Assembly: GCA_025935595.1 (NCBI GenBank)
Contig: JAICUZ010000001.1
Coordinates: 1-34,429, forward strand
Source: Burkholderiales bacterium
Lineage (GTDB): Bacteria; Actinomycetota; Thermoleophilia; Gaiellales; Gaiellaceae
DNA length: 34,429 nucleotides
Direction of reading: 5' to 3'
Shown: positions 1-8,758 of the stretch, in pieces
Numbering within the stretch: position 1 is the first letter of the stretch
How the letters are laid out: the number at the start of each line of letters is the position of its first letter
Translations under genes and position numbers: made by a program
The notes under the pieces: generated by a model
Databases searched by the model: none
The model's input: the letters and a program-made list of their open reading frames with translations, nothing else
Told to the model about the DNA's origin: nothing

Positions 1-2
1 GA

Positions 3-200
3 CTCGACATCCGCTACCGGCGGGAGGGAAAGCTCGAGCACGTCCACACGCTGAACGGCACGGCCGTGACCGCACGGGCGATGATCGCCATCCTCGAGAA
101 CTTCCAGGACGAGGGCGGCTCGGTCGCGGTCCCGGCGGTGCTGACGGACTTCGGTGCACCGGCGCACCTCGGCCGCGAGCGGCTACGCCGAAACGCTTGA
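3..200 (+). CDS. serS: Seryl-tRNA synthetase, C-terminal fragment (truncated by window start)
   Basis: The frame from base 3 reads [47 protein letters not shown]...RRNA*. HTLNGTA...ILEN.Q is the SerRS motif-3 region. A tRNA-Ser follows immediately. Confidence 0.95.
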   Translation, partial: LDIRYRREGKLEHVHTLNGTAVTARAMIAILENFQDEGGSVAVPAVLTDFGAPAHLGRERLRRNA

Positions 201-217
201 TACAAGAGTGAATGCGC

Positions 218-307
218 GGCGGGGTGCCGGAGCGGTCGAACGGGGCGGCCTTGAAAGCCGTAGACGGCGCAAGTCGTCCGTGGGTTCAAATCCCACCCCC
301 GCCGCCA
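218..307 (+). tRNA. tRNA-Ser (anticodon TGA), CCA encoded
   Basis: Acceptor GGCGGGG/CCCCGCC, anticodon arm GCGGC-CTTGAAA-GCCGT (TGA at 252-254), long variable arm, T arm GTGGG-TTCAAAT-CCCAC, discriminator G then CCA. Confidence 0.97.
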
Positions 308-355
308 CACCGCCCGGCAGGAATCCCGGAGCCCGCGGCCTATACTGAAATTCCA

Positions 356-826
356 GTGGCCGGGTTCCGTCCAGTACCCCGCCTCGTGACGCTCGTCGTC
401 GTAGGGGGGCTCGTCGCCGTGGGCTCCGCGGCGTTCGCCGCCGACCGGTCGGTCGAGTCGACCGGCAAGGCAGTCGTGCGCCTCACGGACCGGCAGGTAC
501 GGCTGACCCACTTCGGCGGCGATGCGACCGGAAGCGGCGACGTGGCGCGCATGACGCTCTACGGCAGCTCGAGCCCGACGCGGCCGATCGGGCACGCGGT
601 TATCACCTGCATGGACGTCGGGTCTGGCGAGCAGTCCTGCGAGGGAAGCTACGTGCTGCCGAAAGGGACGCTCGTGACAGCGGGAGTCCTGCGCACGCGT
701 CTGCTCTACACGCAGGCCGTCGTGGGCGGAACCGGGTTGTTCGACAATGCGCGAGGGACGTTGACCGTGACCGCAAAGAACCTCTCGCCACGCCGCGAGA
801 TCCTGCTGTTTCGACTGACTGGGTGA
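356..826 (+). CDS. Secreted dirigent/allene-oxide-cyclase-like beta-barrel protein
   Basis: Hydrophobic signal peptide ending in AFA, a Cys pair (ITC...SC) and the C-terminal AVVGGTGLFDNARG motif. Start moved to GTG 356 because the 212 start overlaps the tRNA; TATACT lies upstream. Confidence 0.65.
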   Translation: MAGFRPVPRLVTLVVVGGLVAVGSAAFAADRSVESTGKAVVRLTDRQVRLTHFGGDATGSGDVARMTLYGSSSPTRPIGHAVITCMDVGSGEQSCEGSYVLPKGTLVTAGVLRTRLLYTQAVVGGTGLFDNARGTLTVTAKNLSPRREILLFRLTG

Positions 827-1209
827 CGATGGCAGCGCGGACGCTGCGGCCACTCATTCTCATCTGCGACGACGAGCTGCCGCTGCGGGAGCTCGTCAAG
901 GCCGTTCTCGGCGACGGCTACCGCTATGTCGAGGCCGAAGACGTCAATCAGGCGCAGAAAGTGCTCAAGGAATCGAAGCCTGAGGCGATAGTTCTGGATG
1001 TGATGCTGCCCGGAAAGAGCGGGCTCGAGTTCCTGTCCGAGCTCCGTGCGAAGCGACGGAACAAAGCGATTCCGGTCGTCGTCGTCTCCGCATGGCAGAG
1101 TGCCGACGACCAGCGCACTGCGTTGAACGCAGGCGCAGACGCGTTCGTCGGAAAACCCTTCGATCCCAAGGATCTGGCTTCTGTCGTCGAATCGCTCATC
1201 GCTGCGTAG
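823..1209 (+). CDS. Single-domain response regulator (receiver)
   Basis: ILICDD, LDVMLPG phosphoacceptor, VVVS and GKPF receiver motifs. Confidence 0.92.
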   Translation: MTMAARTLRPLILICDDELPLRELVKAVLGDGYRYVEAEDVNQAQKVLKESKPEAIVLDVMLPGKSGLEFLSELRAKRRNKAIPVVVVSAWQSADDQRTALNAGADAFVGKPFDPKDLASVVESLIAA

Positions 1210-1222
1210 CGTCGTCGCACGT

Positions 1223-2701
1223 GTGATCGTCGTGTCGACGCTCGGCGCCGCCGCGATCGGGGCAACGCTCGCGCTCTTCTTCGTCGCGAACGCTCGCCTC
1301 AAGTCGGCGAACACCGCGAGCGCGCGGTCCGCGACCGTGAGTGCAGCGGCGTTCGACGTGCGGGCGGCTGTGGTCGCGATCGACGTAGCGCTGCAGCAGG
1401 TGGTCGAGGAGTACGACGCAAAGAACCTGGCGCAGTGGCGTCGCGCATCGCGTTCGTGGGAGGCACCGGCGACTGCGCTCGAGCGCGCTGCGGCGGCGAG
1501 CAACGACCGCCAGGAGCAGCGTGCGCGCGCGCTACGCGACGAGATCCGCTCGTACATCGACGACTACGGCGAGCCTGTCGTCGGAATCGCAAAGGTCTCG
1601 CCGGCCGCGGTCCGTTCGTCGGTGGCGCACACGGAAGGGACGATTCGGCTCGATCAGATCATCACCGACACGGACGCGGTCGCCCGGAACTCCGCGGTCA
1701 TCGCGGCCGACCGGAGCGGTGCCGCGGGACGGCTGGCCGACCAGGCGACGATCGCCGGCATCGTCGCGCTCGTCCTCACCCCGGTGCTGCTCATCCTGCT
1801 CGGCCTCTGGCTGGCGCGCGTCGTCGCCGATCCGCTGCGTCAGACGGTTGCGGCGGCGTCGGAGGTTGCCGCAGGCAACTTCGACGTCCGGCTGAACGAG
1901 CGCAGACGTGACGAGTTCGGTGAGCTCGCACACGTGTTCAACGCGATGACCGAGTCCCTCTCCGTGAGCCGGAGCGAGCTGATCGAGCGCGCCGACAGCC
2001 TCGAACGTTCCGAGCGCCACAAGTCGGAGCTGATCAGCATGGTCTCCCACGAAGTCCGCACGCCGCTCGCCAGTGTGCTCGGCTTCACGCGCCTCCTGCT
2101 CGAGCGCGACCTGCCCGAAGCGGATCGGCGGCGCTATCTCGGAATCGTCGATGCAGAGGCGACGCGCCTTGCCGCCCTGGTCAGCGACTTCCTCGACGCG
2201 CGCCTGATCGAAGAAGGGCGCTTCTCGCTCCGGCGCGAGCCGTTCGACCTGCGCTCACTCGTGCGCGAGCAGGCGGAGGTGACCCTCGGCCACGACGAGA
2301 GCCATGAGCTCGAGCTCGAGCTTCCCGACCGGCCGCTCGAGATCGACGGCGACCGCGCGCGGCTCGCGCAAGTGGTCGGCAACGTGTTGTCGAACGCGGT
2401 GAAGTACTCGCCCGACGGTGGGACGATCACGGTCGGCGCGGCCGAGGATCACGGTCACGCACGCGTGTGGATCGCCGACCAAGGCACAGGCATCCCGCCC
2501 GAGCACCGCGGCCAGCTCTTCCAGCCGTTCTACCGCGGCGATGCCGCGGCGGCGGGCATCCCCGGCACAGGGCTCGGGCTCGCAGTGTCACGCCGGATCG
2601 TCGAGGCTCACGACGGCCGGATCGGGTTCGATCCGCTCGACCGCGGCACGCGCTTCTGGTTCGACCTCCCGCTGGAAGCTGCGGCGAACGGCAGGCGTTG
2701 A
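1223..2701 (+). CDS. Membrane sensor histidine kinase (HAMP, HisKA, HATPase_c)
   Basis: Two TM segments, HAMP (DEFGELAHVFNAM), H-box VSHEVRTPL, N-box NAVKY, G-boxes DQGTGI and GTGLGL. Confidence 0.95.
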   Translation: MIVVSTLGAAAIGATLALFFVANARLKSANTASARSATVSAAAFDVRAAVVAIDVALQQVVEEYDAKNLAQWRRASRSWEAPATALERAAAASNDRQEQRARALRDEIRSYIDDYGEPVVGIAKVSPAAVRSSVAHTEGTIRLDQIITDTDAVARNSAVIAADRSGAAGRLADQATIAGIVALVLTPVLLILLGLWLARVVADPLRQTVAAASEVAAGNFDVRLNERRRDEFGELAHVFNAMTESLSVSRSELIERADSLERSERHKSELISMVSHEVRTPLASVLGFTRLLLERDLPEADRRRYLGIVDAEATRLAALVSDFLDARLIEEGRFSLRREPFDLRSLVREQAEVTLGHDESHELELELPDRPLEIDGDRARLAQVVGNVLSNAVKYSPDGGTITVGAAEDHGHARVWIADQGTGIPPEHRGQLFQPFYRGDAAAAGIPGTGLGLAVSRRIVEAHDGRIGFDPLDRGTRFWFDLPLEAAANGRR

Positions 2702-3036
2702 CCCGGCGCCGGTGGCTCGCCGCGCTCGGCGGCGCGGCGCTCGTGCTCATCGGCCTGTCGTTCCACGTGTCGATCCTGCTTGACGTCGTCCACGCCATCG
2801 TCGGCGCGGCAGCGATCTTCCTCGCGCGACCGGCCGCGCTCGCTTTCGCGTCACTCGTCCTCTGGCTGCTCGGCGTCTTCGCGGCCGGTGGGTGGTTGTC
2901 GCTCGACACCGCCGACAACTGGCTGCACCTCGTGCTCGCCGTCGTGCTGCTCGGCTCAGCGCTTCTTGTGCGCGGCGAGGATCTCGCCGACGATCTCGAG
3001 CGCGATCTCGGCGGGCGTCTCCCCGCCGAGGTCTAG
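2698..3036 (+). CDS. Small membrane protein, DUF4383-like
   Basis: TTG start overlaps the kinase stop (TTGA). About 4 hydrophobic segments with ADNWLHL motif. 3' end overlaps the convergent xdhC-like gene. Confidence 0.6.
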   Translation: MTRRRWLAALGGAALVLIGLSFHVSILLDVVHAIVGAAAIFLARPAALAFASLVLWLLGVFAAGGWLSLDTADNWLHLVLAVVLLGSALLVRGEDLADDLERDLGGRLPAEV

Positions 3037-3828
3037 ACCGACCGGGCCGCGAACCTTGTCGGCGGCCGCGCCGAGCTTTTCGACGCGCTTCTCCTGCGCC
3101 CGGCGTGAGCCGAGCGCACCGACGTAGAACGCGCCGCCCTCGACGCCCTTCTTCAGTGCCGGGATGTCGATGCGCTCCTCGTGGACGAGCGACACCAGGG
3201 CGGTCTCGGGATCCACGTCGACCTCGTCCGGCCACGCCACGAGGATCTCGTCCGCGCTCGGCACGCGCTCGCGATTCGCGAGACCCGCGCGGGGATCGAC
3301 GACGACCGTCCGCCACCCGAGCGGCTTTGCGAGTGCGCAGAGCGCCTCGGCGATATCGCCCGCGCCGACCGCGACGAGCCGCGGCGGCGGGCCGATCGCC
3401 TCGGCGAAGACGTTCTCGCGGAGCCCGGTCTGCACGCGCTCGGCTTCCGTCCAGCGTCGTCCGGCCTCATCGCCCTCGACCACCACGTAGCTCGTGCCGC
3501 GCTCGATGTCCGGCGCACCACCGTAGGGCTCGAGGAACACGTCGATCTCACCGCCGCAGGGGAGGCCGACCGTCCACGCCTCGTCGTCCGCGATCCCGTA
3601 CGACACGATCCGCGGAAGCTCGCCGTCGAGGACCGCCTGGCAGCGCTCCGCGACGTCCGCCTCGACGCACCCACCGGAGACCGACCCGTACAGGCGGCCC
3701 GACCGCGTGACGGCGAGCTTCGAGCCGAGCGGGCGCGGCGCGCTGCGGCGGGTCGCAACGACGGTCGCCAGGGCAACCTGTTCACCCGCGGCGCGCCACT
3801 CCTCGGCTTTGGCTAGGACTTCGTCCAT
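2956..3828 (-). CDS. XdhC/CoxI-family molybdoenzyme accessory protein
   Basis: ALATVV..RSAPRPLGS, GSVSGGCVE, GLPCGG, YVGALGSR, GPVGLDLGGETPAEIAL. Confidence 0.92.
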   Translation of the reverse strand: MDEVLAKAEEWRAAGEQVALATVVATRRSAPRPLGSKLAVTRSGRLYGSVSGGCVEADVAERCQAVLDGELPRIVSYGIADDEAWTVGLPCGGEIDVFLEPYGGAPDIERGTSYVVVEGDEAGRRWTEAERVQTGLRENVFAEAIGPPPRLVAVGAGDIAEALCALAKPLGWRTVVVDPRAGLANRERVPSADEILVAWPDEVDVDPETALVSLVHEERIDIPALKKGVEGGAFYVGALGSRRAQEKRVEKLGAAADKVRGPVGLDLGGETPAEIALEIVGEILAAHKKR

Positions 3829-3845
3829 CTAGGCTCAGACTAGCC

Positions 3846-4235
3846 ATGGCCGATCCCTTCGCAGAGGTGCTCGTCCGCGTCGACGCAGGTGAGCTCGGCG
3901 ATCCGCTGCCGGTGCTCGCATACCTCGCCGGGCAGTCGGTGCAGCTCGACGAGGCCGAGCTGAACGGCGCGCGCCGTCGTGCGTTGCTGCTGGTCGCGGC
4001 CGGCGGCGATCCTCACCGCGAGCTCGACGTCGACGACCGTGCCGTGAAGGCGATTGCCGCCGACCTGTACACACGGGAGCGGCGCGACGAGCTCGCACGT
4101 TCGATCGACGCACTCGTCCTTCGTGTCCGCGACCTGCCGGTCGCCCGCAAGGCGGCCGTGTTTCTCGCGGGCGACGTCGACCTCGCGTGGCGGCTGCTCG
4201 CGCTCGCGCTGCTCGCAGAGGAGTTGAGCGAATGA
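3846..4235 (+). CDS. Hypothetical protein, first gene of a coupled 3-gene operon
   Basis: GC-typical codon usage; its stop overlaps the next ATG (ATGA 4232-4235). Confidence 0.7.
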   Translation: MADPFAEVLVRVDAGELGDPLPVLAYLAGQSVQLDEAELNGARRRALLLVAAGGDPHRELDVDDRAVKAIAADLYTRERRDELARSIDALVLRVRDLPVARKAAVFLAGDVDLAWRLLALALLAEELSE

Positions 4236-4687
4236 CGCCGGCGGTCGCAGCCGCGAAGCGGGCGGGCGTCGAGTTCCGCCTGCACGAGTACGAAGGCATC
4301 GAGCTGGGGGAGGGCGACTACGCGGCCGCCGTCGCGACCGCGGTCGGCAGGCCGGCCGAGCAGCTCTTCAAGACCCTCGTGGCGTCCGTCGACGGTCGGC
4401 TCGAGGTATTCGTCGTCCCGGCCGACCGCCAGCTCGACCTCCGCGCCGTGGGCAAGCGCACGACGCTCGCGTCGCAAGCCGACGCCGAGCGCGCGACCGG
4501 GTATGTGGTCGGCGGGATCAGCCCACTCGGCCAGCGCAGGCGGCTGCCGACGACGATCGACCGGTCAGCGCTTCGGTGGGAGACGATCCTCGTCAGCGCC
4601 GGCAAGCGCGGGCTTCAGATCGAGCTCGCGCCGAACGACCTGGTGCGGCTGACGGGCGCCAACGTCGCGGTGGTGGCGGCGGCATGA
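4232..4687 (+). CDS. ybaK: YbaK/EbsC-family aminoacyl-tRNA deacylase
   Basis: MTPA start, FKTLV, AERATGYVVGGISPLGQ and VSAGKRGLQIELAP are typical YbaK motifs. Confidence 0.9.
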   Translation: MTPAVAAAKRAGVEFRLHEYEGIELGEGDYAAAVATAVGRPAEQLFKTLVASVDGRLEVFVVPADRQLDLRAVGKRTTLASQADAERATGYVVGGISPLGQRRRLPTTIDRSALRWETILVSAGKRGLQIELAPNDLVRLTGANVAVVAAA

Positions 4688-5511
4688 GCACCCGCAGCGA
4701 CGAGCTGAGAGCCGCCGCCGAGCGTCTCGTAGCGGGGATCCCGGCGGACATCGCGCCTGAGGTCGTCGTGACCGGAAGTGTCTCGCGCGGCGTCGCGGAC
4801 GACGTCTCCGACGTCGAGATGCTGCTCGTGACGCGCGACCAGCTCGACCTCGAGACGTGCTTCACGCTCGCGGCGGCTGCGGGTCTCGAGCAGCTCGGTT
4901 CGTGGGGGCCGCAGGGAACGGAGACGTCACGGGTGTCCGGCTACTTCGAAGCGATTCCGTTCGAGCTGATCTGGTGGTCCCGCGACTATGCGGACGCGTC
5001 GATCAACGCCGAGTCGCCGGCCGCGGACGCCGTCGCGAACGGCGTCTCACTGCGAACCTGCGGCCTGCTCGAGAGCTGGCACGAGCGGCTCGCCACGTAT
5101 CCGGACGAGCTCGCGGCGGAGCGCATCGAGGACGCGGCACTGACGTGGGGCGGGTTCGCAGCCGCCGGGCTCCTCACGCTCGCGCGGACCGGTGAGCGGC
5201 TCTCGCTGGTCGAGCGGATGGTCGACGACGCCGTCCGGGTCTTACGAATGGTCTACGCGATCAACAGGACGTGGCAGCCGACGACCAAGCGGGTCGCGCT
5301 GCGCGCCGAGGGGCTGGCCGTGAAGCCGGAGCGGCTTGCCGAGCGGATCGAAGAGGCGCTGACCGAGCCGGATCCGCTCCGTGCGCTCATCGTCATGACG
5401 CAGCTTCAGCTCGACACGGTCGCGCTCGCGCCGTCCGGGCCGAATGTCGACCGCGCCCGCGACTGGCTGACCGACGGCCTGGCGATCCTGCGCGCCGCGC
5501 GAAACATTTAG
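4684..5511 (+). CDS. Nucleotidyltransferase-domain protein (Pol-beta superfamily, DUF4037-like C-terminus)
   Basis: GSVSRGVADDVSDVE motif; helical C-terminus with YAINRTWQP..K; ATGA overlap with the ybaK stop. Confidence 0.7.
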   Translation: MSTRSDELRAAAERLVAGIPADIAPEVVVTGSVSRGVADDVSDVEMLLVTRDQLDLETCFTLAAAAGLEQLGSWGPQGTETSRVSGYFEAIPFELIWWSRDYADASINAESPAADAVANGVSLRTCGLLESWHERLATYPDELAAERIEDAALTWGGFAAAGLLTLARTGERLSLVERMVDDAVRVLRMVYAINRTWQPTTKRVALRAEGLAVKPERLAERIEEALTEPDPLRALIVMTQLQLDTVALAPSGPNVDRARDWLTDGLAILRAARNI

Positions 5512-6545
5512 GTGCCCCACCAGAAGCTCGCTGCAATCACCACGTAGAACCCGACGAGGACGACGCCCTCCTGCCATGTCGATTCGCCGTCGTTCGCGAT
5601 CAGCGCGCCGAGCACGGAGGCGATCACCAGCACGAGGGCGAGCAGCGTCGGGAACACGAGCGTCAGGTGCGTCGTGAAGAGGAGCGAGACGAAGACCAGC
5701 ACCGGCGTCAGGGCGAGGGCCACCTGCAGCGACGAGTTGACGATTACGGCGATCGCGAAGTCGGGCCGGTTGCGTGCCGCCAGCTGGACGCCGACCACGT
5801 TCTCGACGGCGTTGCCCGCGATTGCGATGATCACGAGGCCGGCGAACTCCTCGCTCATGTGGAGTGTGTGGATCGCGGGCGTCAGTGCGCCGACGAACCA
5901 ATCGGACGTCAGCGCAGCGGCCGTGCCGGCGCCGGCGAGGACAGCCCCTGTGAGCAGCGTGCTCCACCGGGCCGGTTCGTGTTCCTCGCCGCCGGCGCGC
6001 AGGAACGACGGCAGCGTCAGCACGAAGACTGCGAGGAGCACCGCGGCGCAGATGATCGAGAGTGTGTGGCCGTGCGGCTCGGCGGGCGTGTGGAACGCGT
6101 GCGCCAATGACGGGATCGCCATCGTCGCCGCTGCGAGCAACGTCAGCGTCGACACCATCCGTGCCTGCCCCGAGTCGAATCTCTGAGGCCCGTGGCGCAG
6201 GCCACCGACGACGAAGGCGATGCCGAGGACGAGCACGCTGTTCGCAAGGATCGAGCCGACGAGCGCCGCCTGCACCACGCCGACGAGGCCCTGTCGCAGC
6301 GCGAAGATCGCGATGAAGAGCTCGGGCAGGTTGCCGAGCGCCGACTGGACGACACTCGCGCCGCCGGAGCCGAGCCGGGCGCCCAGCTGTTCGGTGGCGG
6401 TTCCGACGAGGCGGGCGAGCGCCGCCAGCGCGACCGCCGAGACGCCGAACGTCACGACGTGGCCGGCCCCCGCGTAGTGGCAGGCACCTGCGACCAGGAC
6501 CGCCGCCAGGGTGGCCGCCAGCTCGATCGTCTCGCGCCGGTTCAC
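5508..6545 (-). CDS. Ca2+/H+ antiporter (CAX/ChaA family)
   Basis: Two alpha-repeats GNLPE and GNAVE, GSILAN, SSLQVAL, about 10 TM helices; GTG start at 6545. Confidence 0.92.
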   Translation of the reverse strand: MNRRETIELAATLAAVLVAGACHYAGAGHVVTFGVSAVALAALARLVGTATEQLGARLGSGGASVVQSALGNLPELFIAIFALRQGLVGVVQAALVGSILANSVLVLGIAFVVGGLRHGPQRFDSGQARMVSTLTLLAAATMAIPSLAHAFHTPAEPHGHTLSIICAAVLLAVFVLTLPSFLRAGGEEHEPARWSTLLTGAVLAGAGTAAALTSDWFVGALTPAIHTLHMSEEFAGLVIIAIAGNAVENVVGVQLAARNRPDFAIAVIVNSSLQVALALTPVLVFVSLLFTTHLTLVFPTLLALVLVIASVLGALIANDGESTWQEGVVLVGFYVVIAASFWWGT

Positions 6546-6653
6546 AGGCACGAGAACGTAGCGCGAGTGACCCTCGGACGAGTGACGTAGCCGAGGCGCC
6601 CCTTTGCCGAAAACCGGGGTGTTGGTCTTCCTGCGGCAATGGAGGGGTACGAG

Positions 6654-7544
6654 GTGAAGAGGGCGGCACTGGTCGTCATGGTCGTCGCCGTGCTGGCGGC
6701 GCCGGCGTCGAACGCGAGCGCATCCCAGCTCGTCGACCGCAACGCGACTGCGATCAAGCTCGAGGTCAACTCCAAGGGTGAGGCGCTCATCACCTACAAG
6801 GCGCACGGGCAGCAGAAGCACGTGCTCGCGTGGGGTGCCGAGAACGCGATCGCGCCGACGCGCACGCGCCCGCAGCTCGCGTTCAAGCTCGACTACGCAG
6901 GGGGCTGGGGCAAGTACCACGCCACCTACTGGAAGACGTTCAAGAACTCGTGCGGCGCCTACGACGGCCCGAAGCTCGCGTGGTTCGTGACCGGATGCAC
7001 GGCGCCCGACGGTTCGTATTGGGCGCTTCAGGCGTGGCAGCGCATGCTTCCGAACTACGGCGTGAAAGCGAGCGCGACGCAGTCGGTGTGGGAGCTTCGA
7101 CTCTCGCACTGGACCGGCGAGCTGCCGGTCTTGACGATCAACACGGACTGGGCGTGGCACCAGTGGGATCACCTGTTCGGCACGCTCACCTACCAGGGCC
7201 GGGCCGTCTTCGGCTACAAGGCGACGCCGGGCGGCAACCCGCTCGACACATTCGGCCGCAACATCTACGTCGATACCTACGACTCCGTCTACGGCAGCGG
7301 CTGGATGCGCGAGAACAGCTTCCTCACGCACACCAATACCGGCGCATTCTGCTACTCCGTCAACCCGCACGGGAGCCATCCGGCCGGCAAGGGCACCCAG
7401 TACCGGGCCACGGTCGAGGGCCCGGGGGTGACGCCCGACGTCATGTGGGCGGGCGCGTCGCCGGGGCCGTACGACAAGTCCGCCGATCAGATCGCGAACG
7501 ACGCGATCACCCAACTCGGCGACAAGCAGTGCCACGGCAACTGA
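6654..7544 (+). CDS. Secreted Trp/Tyr/Gly-rich hypothetical protein
   Basis: GGAGGGG RBS before GTG 6654; signal peptide ending in ASA; strong codon bias; 4 Cys. Confidence 0.8.
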   Translation: MKRAALVVMVVAVLAAPASNASASQLVDRNATAIKLEVNSKGEALITYKAHGQQKHVLAWGAENAIAPTRTRPQLAFKLDYAGGWGKYHATYWKTFKNSCGAYDGPKLAWFVTGCTAPDGSYWALQAWQRMLPNYGVKASATQSVWELRLSHWTGELPVLTINTDWAWHQWDHLFGTLTYQGRAVFGYKATPGGNPLDTFGRNIYVDTYDSVYGSGWMRENSFLTHTNTGAFCYSVNPHGSHPAGKGTQYRATVEGPGVTPDVMWAGASPGPYDKSADQIANDAITQLGDKQCHGN

Positions 7545-7569
7545 CCTAGCCGTGCTCTAGGCTCGCCTC

Positions 7570-8043
7570 GTGTCCGATACGGGGATGGAACAGCGGTCGC
7601 TCTTCCGGCGCTGGCCGGCCGGGGTGTCGATCGTCGTCGCCGACGTCGGCGGTCACCGCCACGGGCGAACGGTCTCGTCGCTCGTCTCGCTGTCGCTCGA
7701 CCCGCCGCTCGTCGGCATCTCGGTCGCGCACTCGGCATCGATCCACGAGCTCCTGCGCGACGCCGATACCTGGGGCGTGTCGGTCCTCGCGGGCGGCCAG
7801 GAAGAGCTCGCGCAGCGCTTCGCCCGAAGCGGCGTCCCACCGCTGATCCTCTGGGACGGCGTCGAGGTGCGCGAAGACGACCCGCGGCTGATCGCCGGCG
7901 CCGCCGGCTGGTTGATCGCGCGTACGGTGGACACGCTCGTGACCGGCGACCACACGTTTTTCGTCGGGCACGTCGACGCGGTGGAAGAAGGGCTCGCGCC
8001 GACCACGCTCGTCTACGCGTACCGCACCTACCACGGGCTATGA
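7570..8043 (+). CDS. Flavin reductase family protein
   Basis: GVSIV, SLVSLSLDPPLV, LAQRFA and GDHTFFVG motifs. Confidence 0.9.
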   Translation: MSDTGMEQRSLFRRWPAGVSIVVADVGGHRHGRTVSSLVSLSLDPPLVGISVAHSASIHELLRDADTWGVSVLAGGQEELAQRFARSGVPPLILWDGVEVREDDPRLIAGAAGWLIARTVDTLVTGDHTFFVGHVDAVEEGLAPTTLVYAYRTYHGL

Positions 8044-8113
8044 GCGTAGGCTCGACGGAGCTCAGCAAAGCGCGAAGGCGCCGACATGCGCGGCGCCGGA
8101 GCGGGAAATGAGC
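8040..8113 (+). repeat. MIRU-like intergenic repeat, copy A (mini-ORF 8040-8111 MSVGSTELSKARRRRHARRRSGK)
   Basis: 8044-8113 matches the reverse complement of 23070-23139 at 56/70 positions without gaps. ATGA overlaps occur at both ends. Confidence 0.8.
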
Positions 8114-8758
8114 GTCGGCGCGGTTGTCTTCGACCTCGACGGCGTGATCGTCGACTCGGAGCAGGTCTGGGACGAGGTGCGCGAGGCCTACGTGCACGAG
8201 ACCGGCGGCACCTACAGCGCCGACTCGGCGCGCGACATGATGGGGATGAGCTCGCCGGAATGGTCGCGCTACATGGCGGAGACGCTGCAGGTTCCTGGGA
8301 CGCCGGAGGAGATCAATACGGCGATCGTCGAGCGAATGCTCGCGCGGTACGGTGAGGCGCCACCGCTCCTGCCCGGCGCGGTGGAGGCAGTGCGCCGGAT
8401 CGGCGCGTGGGTGCCACTCGCGATCGCCTCGTCGTCGAACCGCGAGCTGATCGACGTCGTCCTGCATGCGTCGGGCCTCGCGGGCGACTTCGCGGCGACG
8501 GTGTCGTCGGAAGAGGTGCCGCGCGGCAAGCCGTTCCCGGACGTGTACCTGGAGGCTGCACGGCGGCTGGGCGCCGACGCGTCTCGTTGTGGAGCCGTGG
8601 AGGACTCACACAACGGCATCCGCTCGGCGAAGGCAGCGGGCATGCGCGTCGTTGCCGTCCCCAATCCGCACTATCCGCCCGACGACGAGGCGCTCGCGCT
8701 CGCCGACGTCGTCGTTCCGTCGATCGGCGAGCTACAGGTCGAGCACTTCGCCGTCTAG
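8108..8758 (+). CDS. HAD-superfamily phosphatase (beta-PGM-like)
   Basis: FDLDGVIVDSE motif I, ASSS motif II, GKPFPD, VEDSHNG motif IV. Confidence 0.93.
   Translation: MSVGAVVFDLDGVIVDSEQVWDEVREAYVHETGGTYSADSARDMMGMSSPEWSRYMAETLQVPGTPEEINTAIVERMLARYGEAPPLLPGAVEAVRRIGAWVPLAIASSSNRELIDVVLHASGLAGDFAATVSSEEVPRGKPFPDVYLEAARRLGADASRCGAVEDSHNGIRSAKAAGMRVVAVPNPHYPPDDEALALADVVVPSIGELQVEHFAV

Noticed and set aside
218..307. Possible selenocysteine or suppressor tRNA, because TGA appears in the anticodon loop
   Set aside because: Anticodon TGA reads the Ser codon UCA; tRNA-Sec needs anticodon TCA and an extended acceptor stem.
212..355. N-terminal extension of ORF 212..826 and small ORFs over tRNAs (16129, 19383, 19465)
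   Set aside because: These overlap well-formed tRNA genes and are translation artefacts.
6546..7535. 675-aa version of the antiporter, and similar long extensions (13610..15397, 21151..23097, 23509..25107, 25849..27864, 26535..28214, 31032..33275)
   Set aside because: The extensions are antisense or out-of-frame shadows of neighbouring real genes; stop codons are rare at this GC content.
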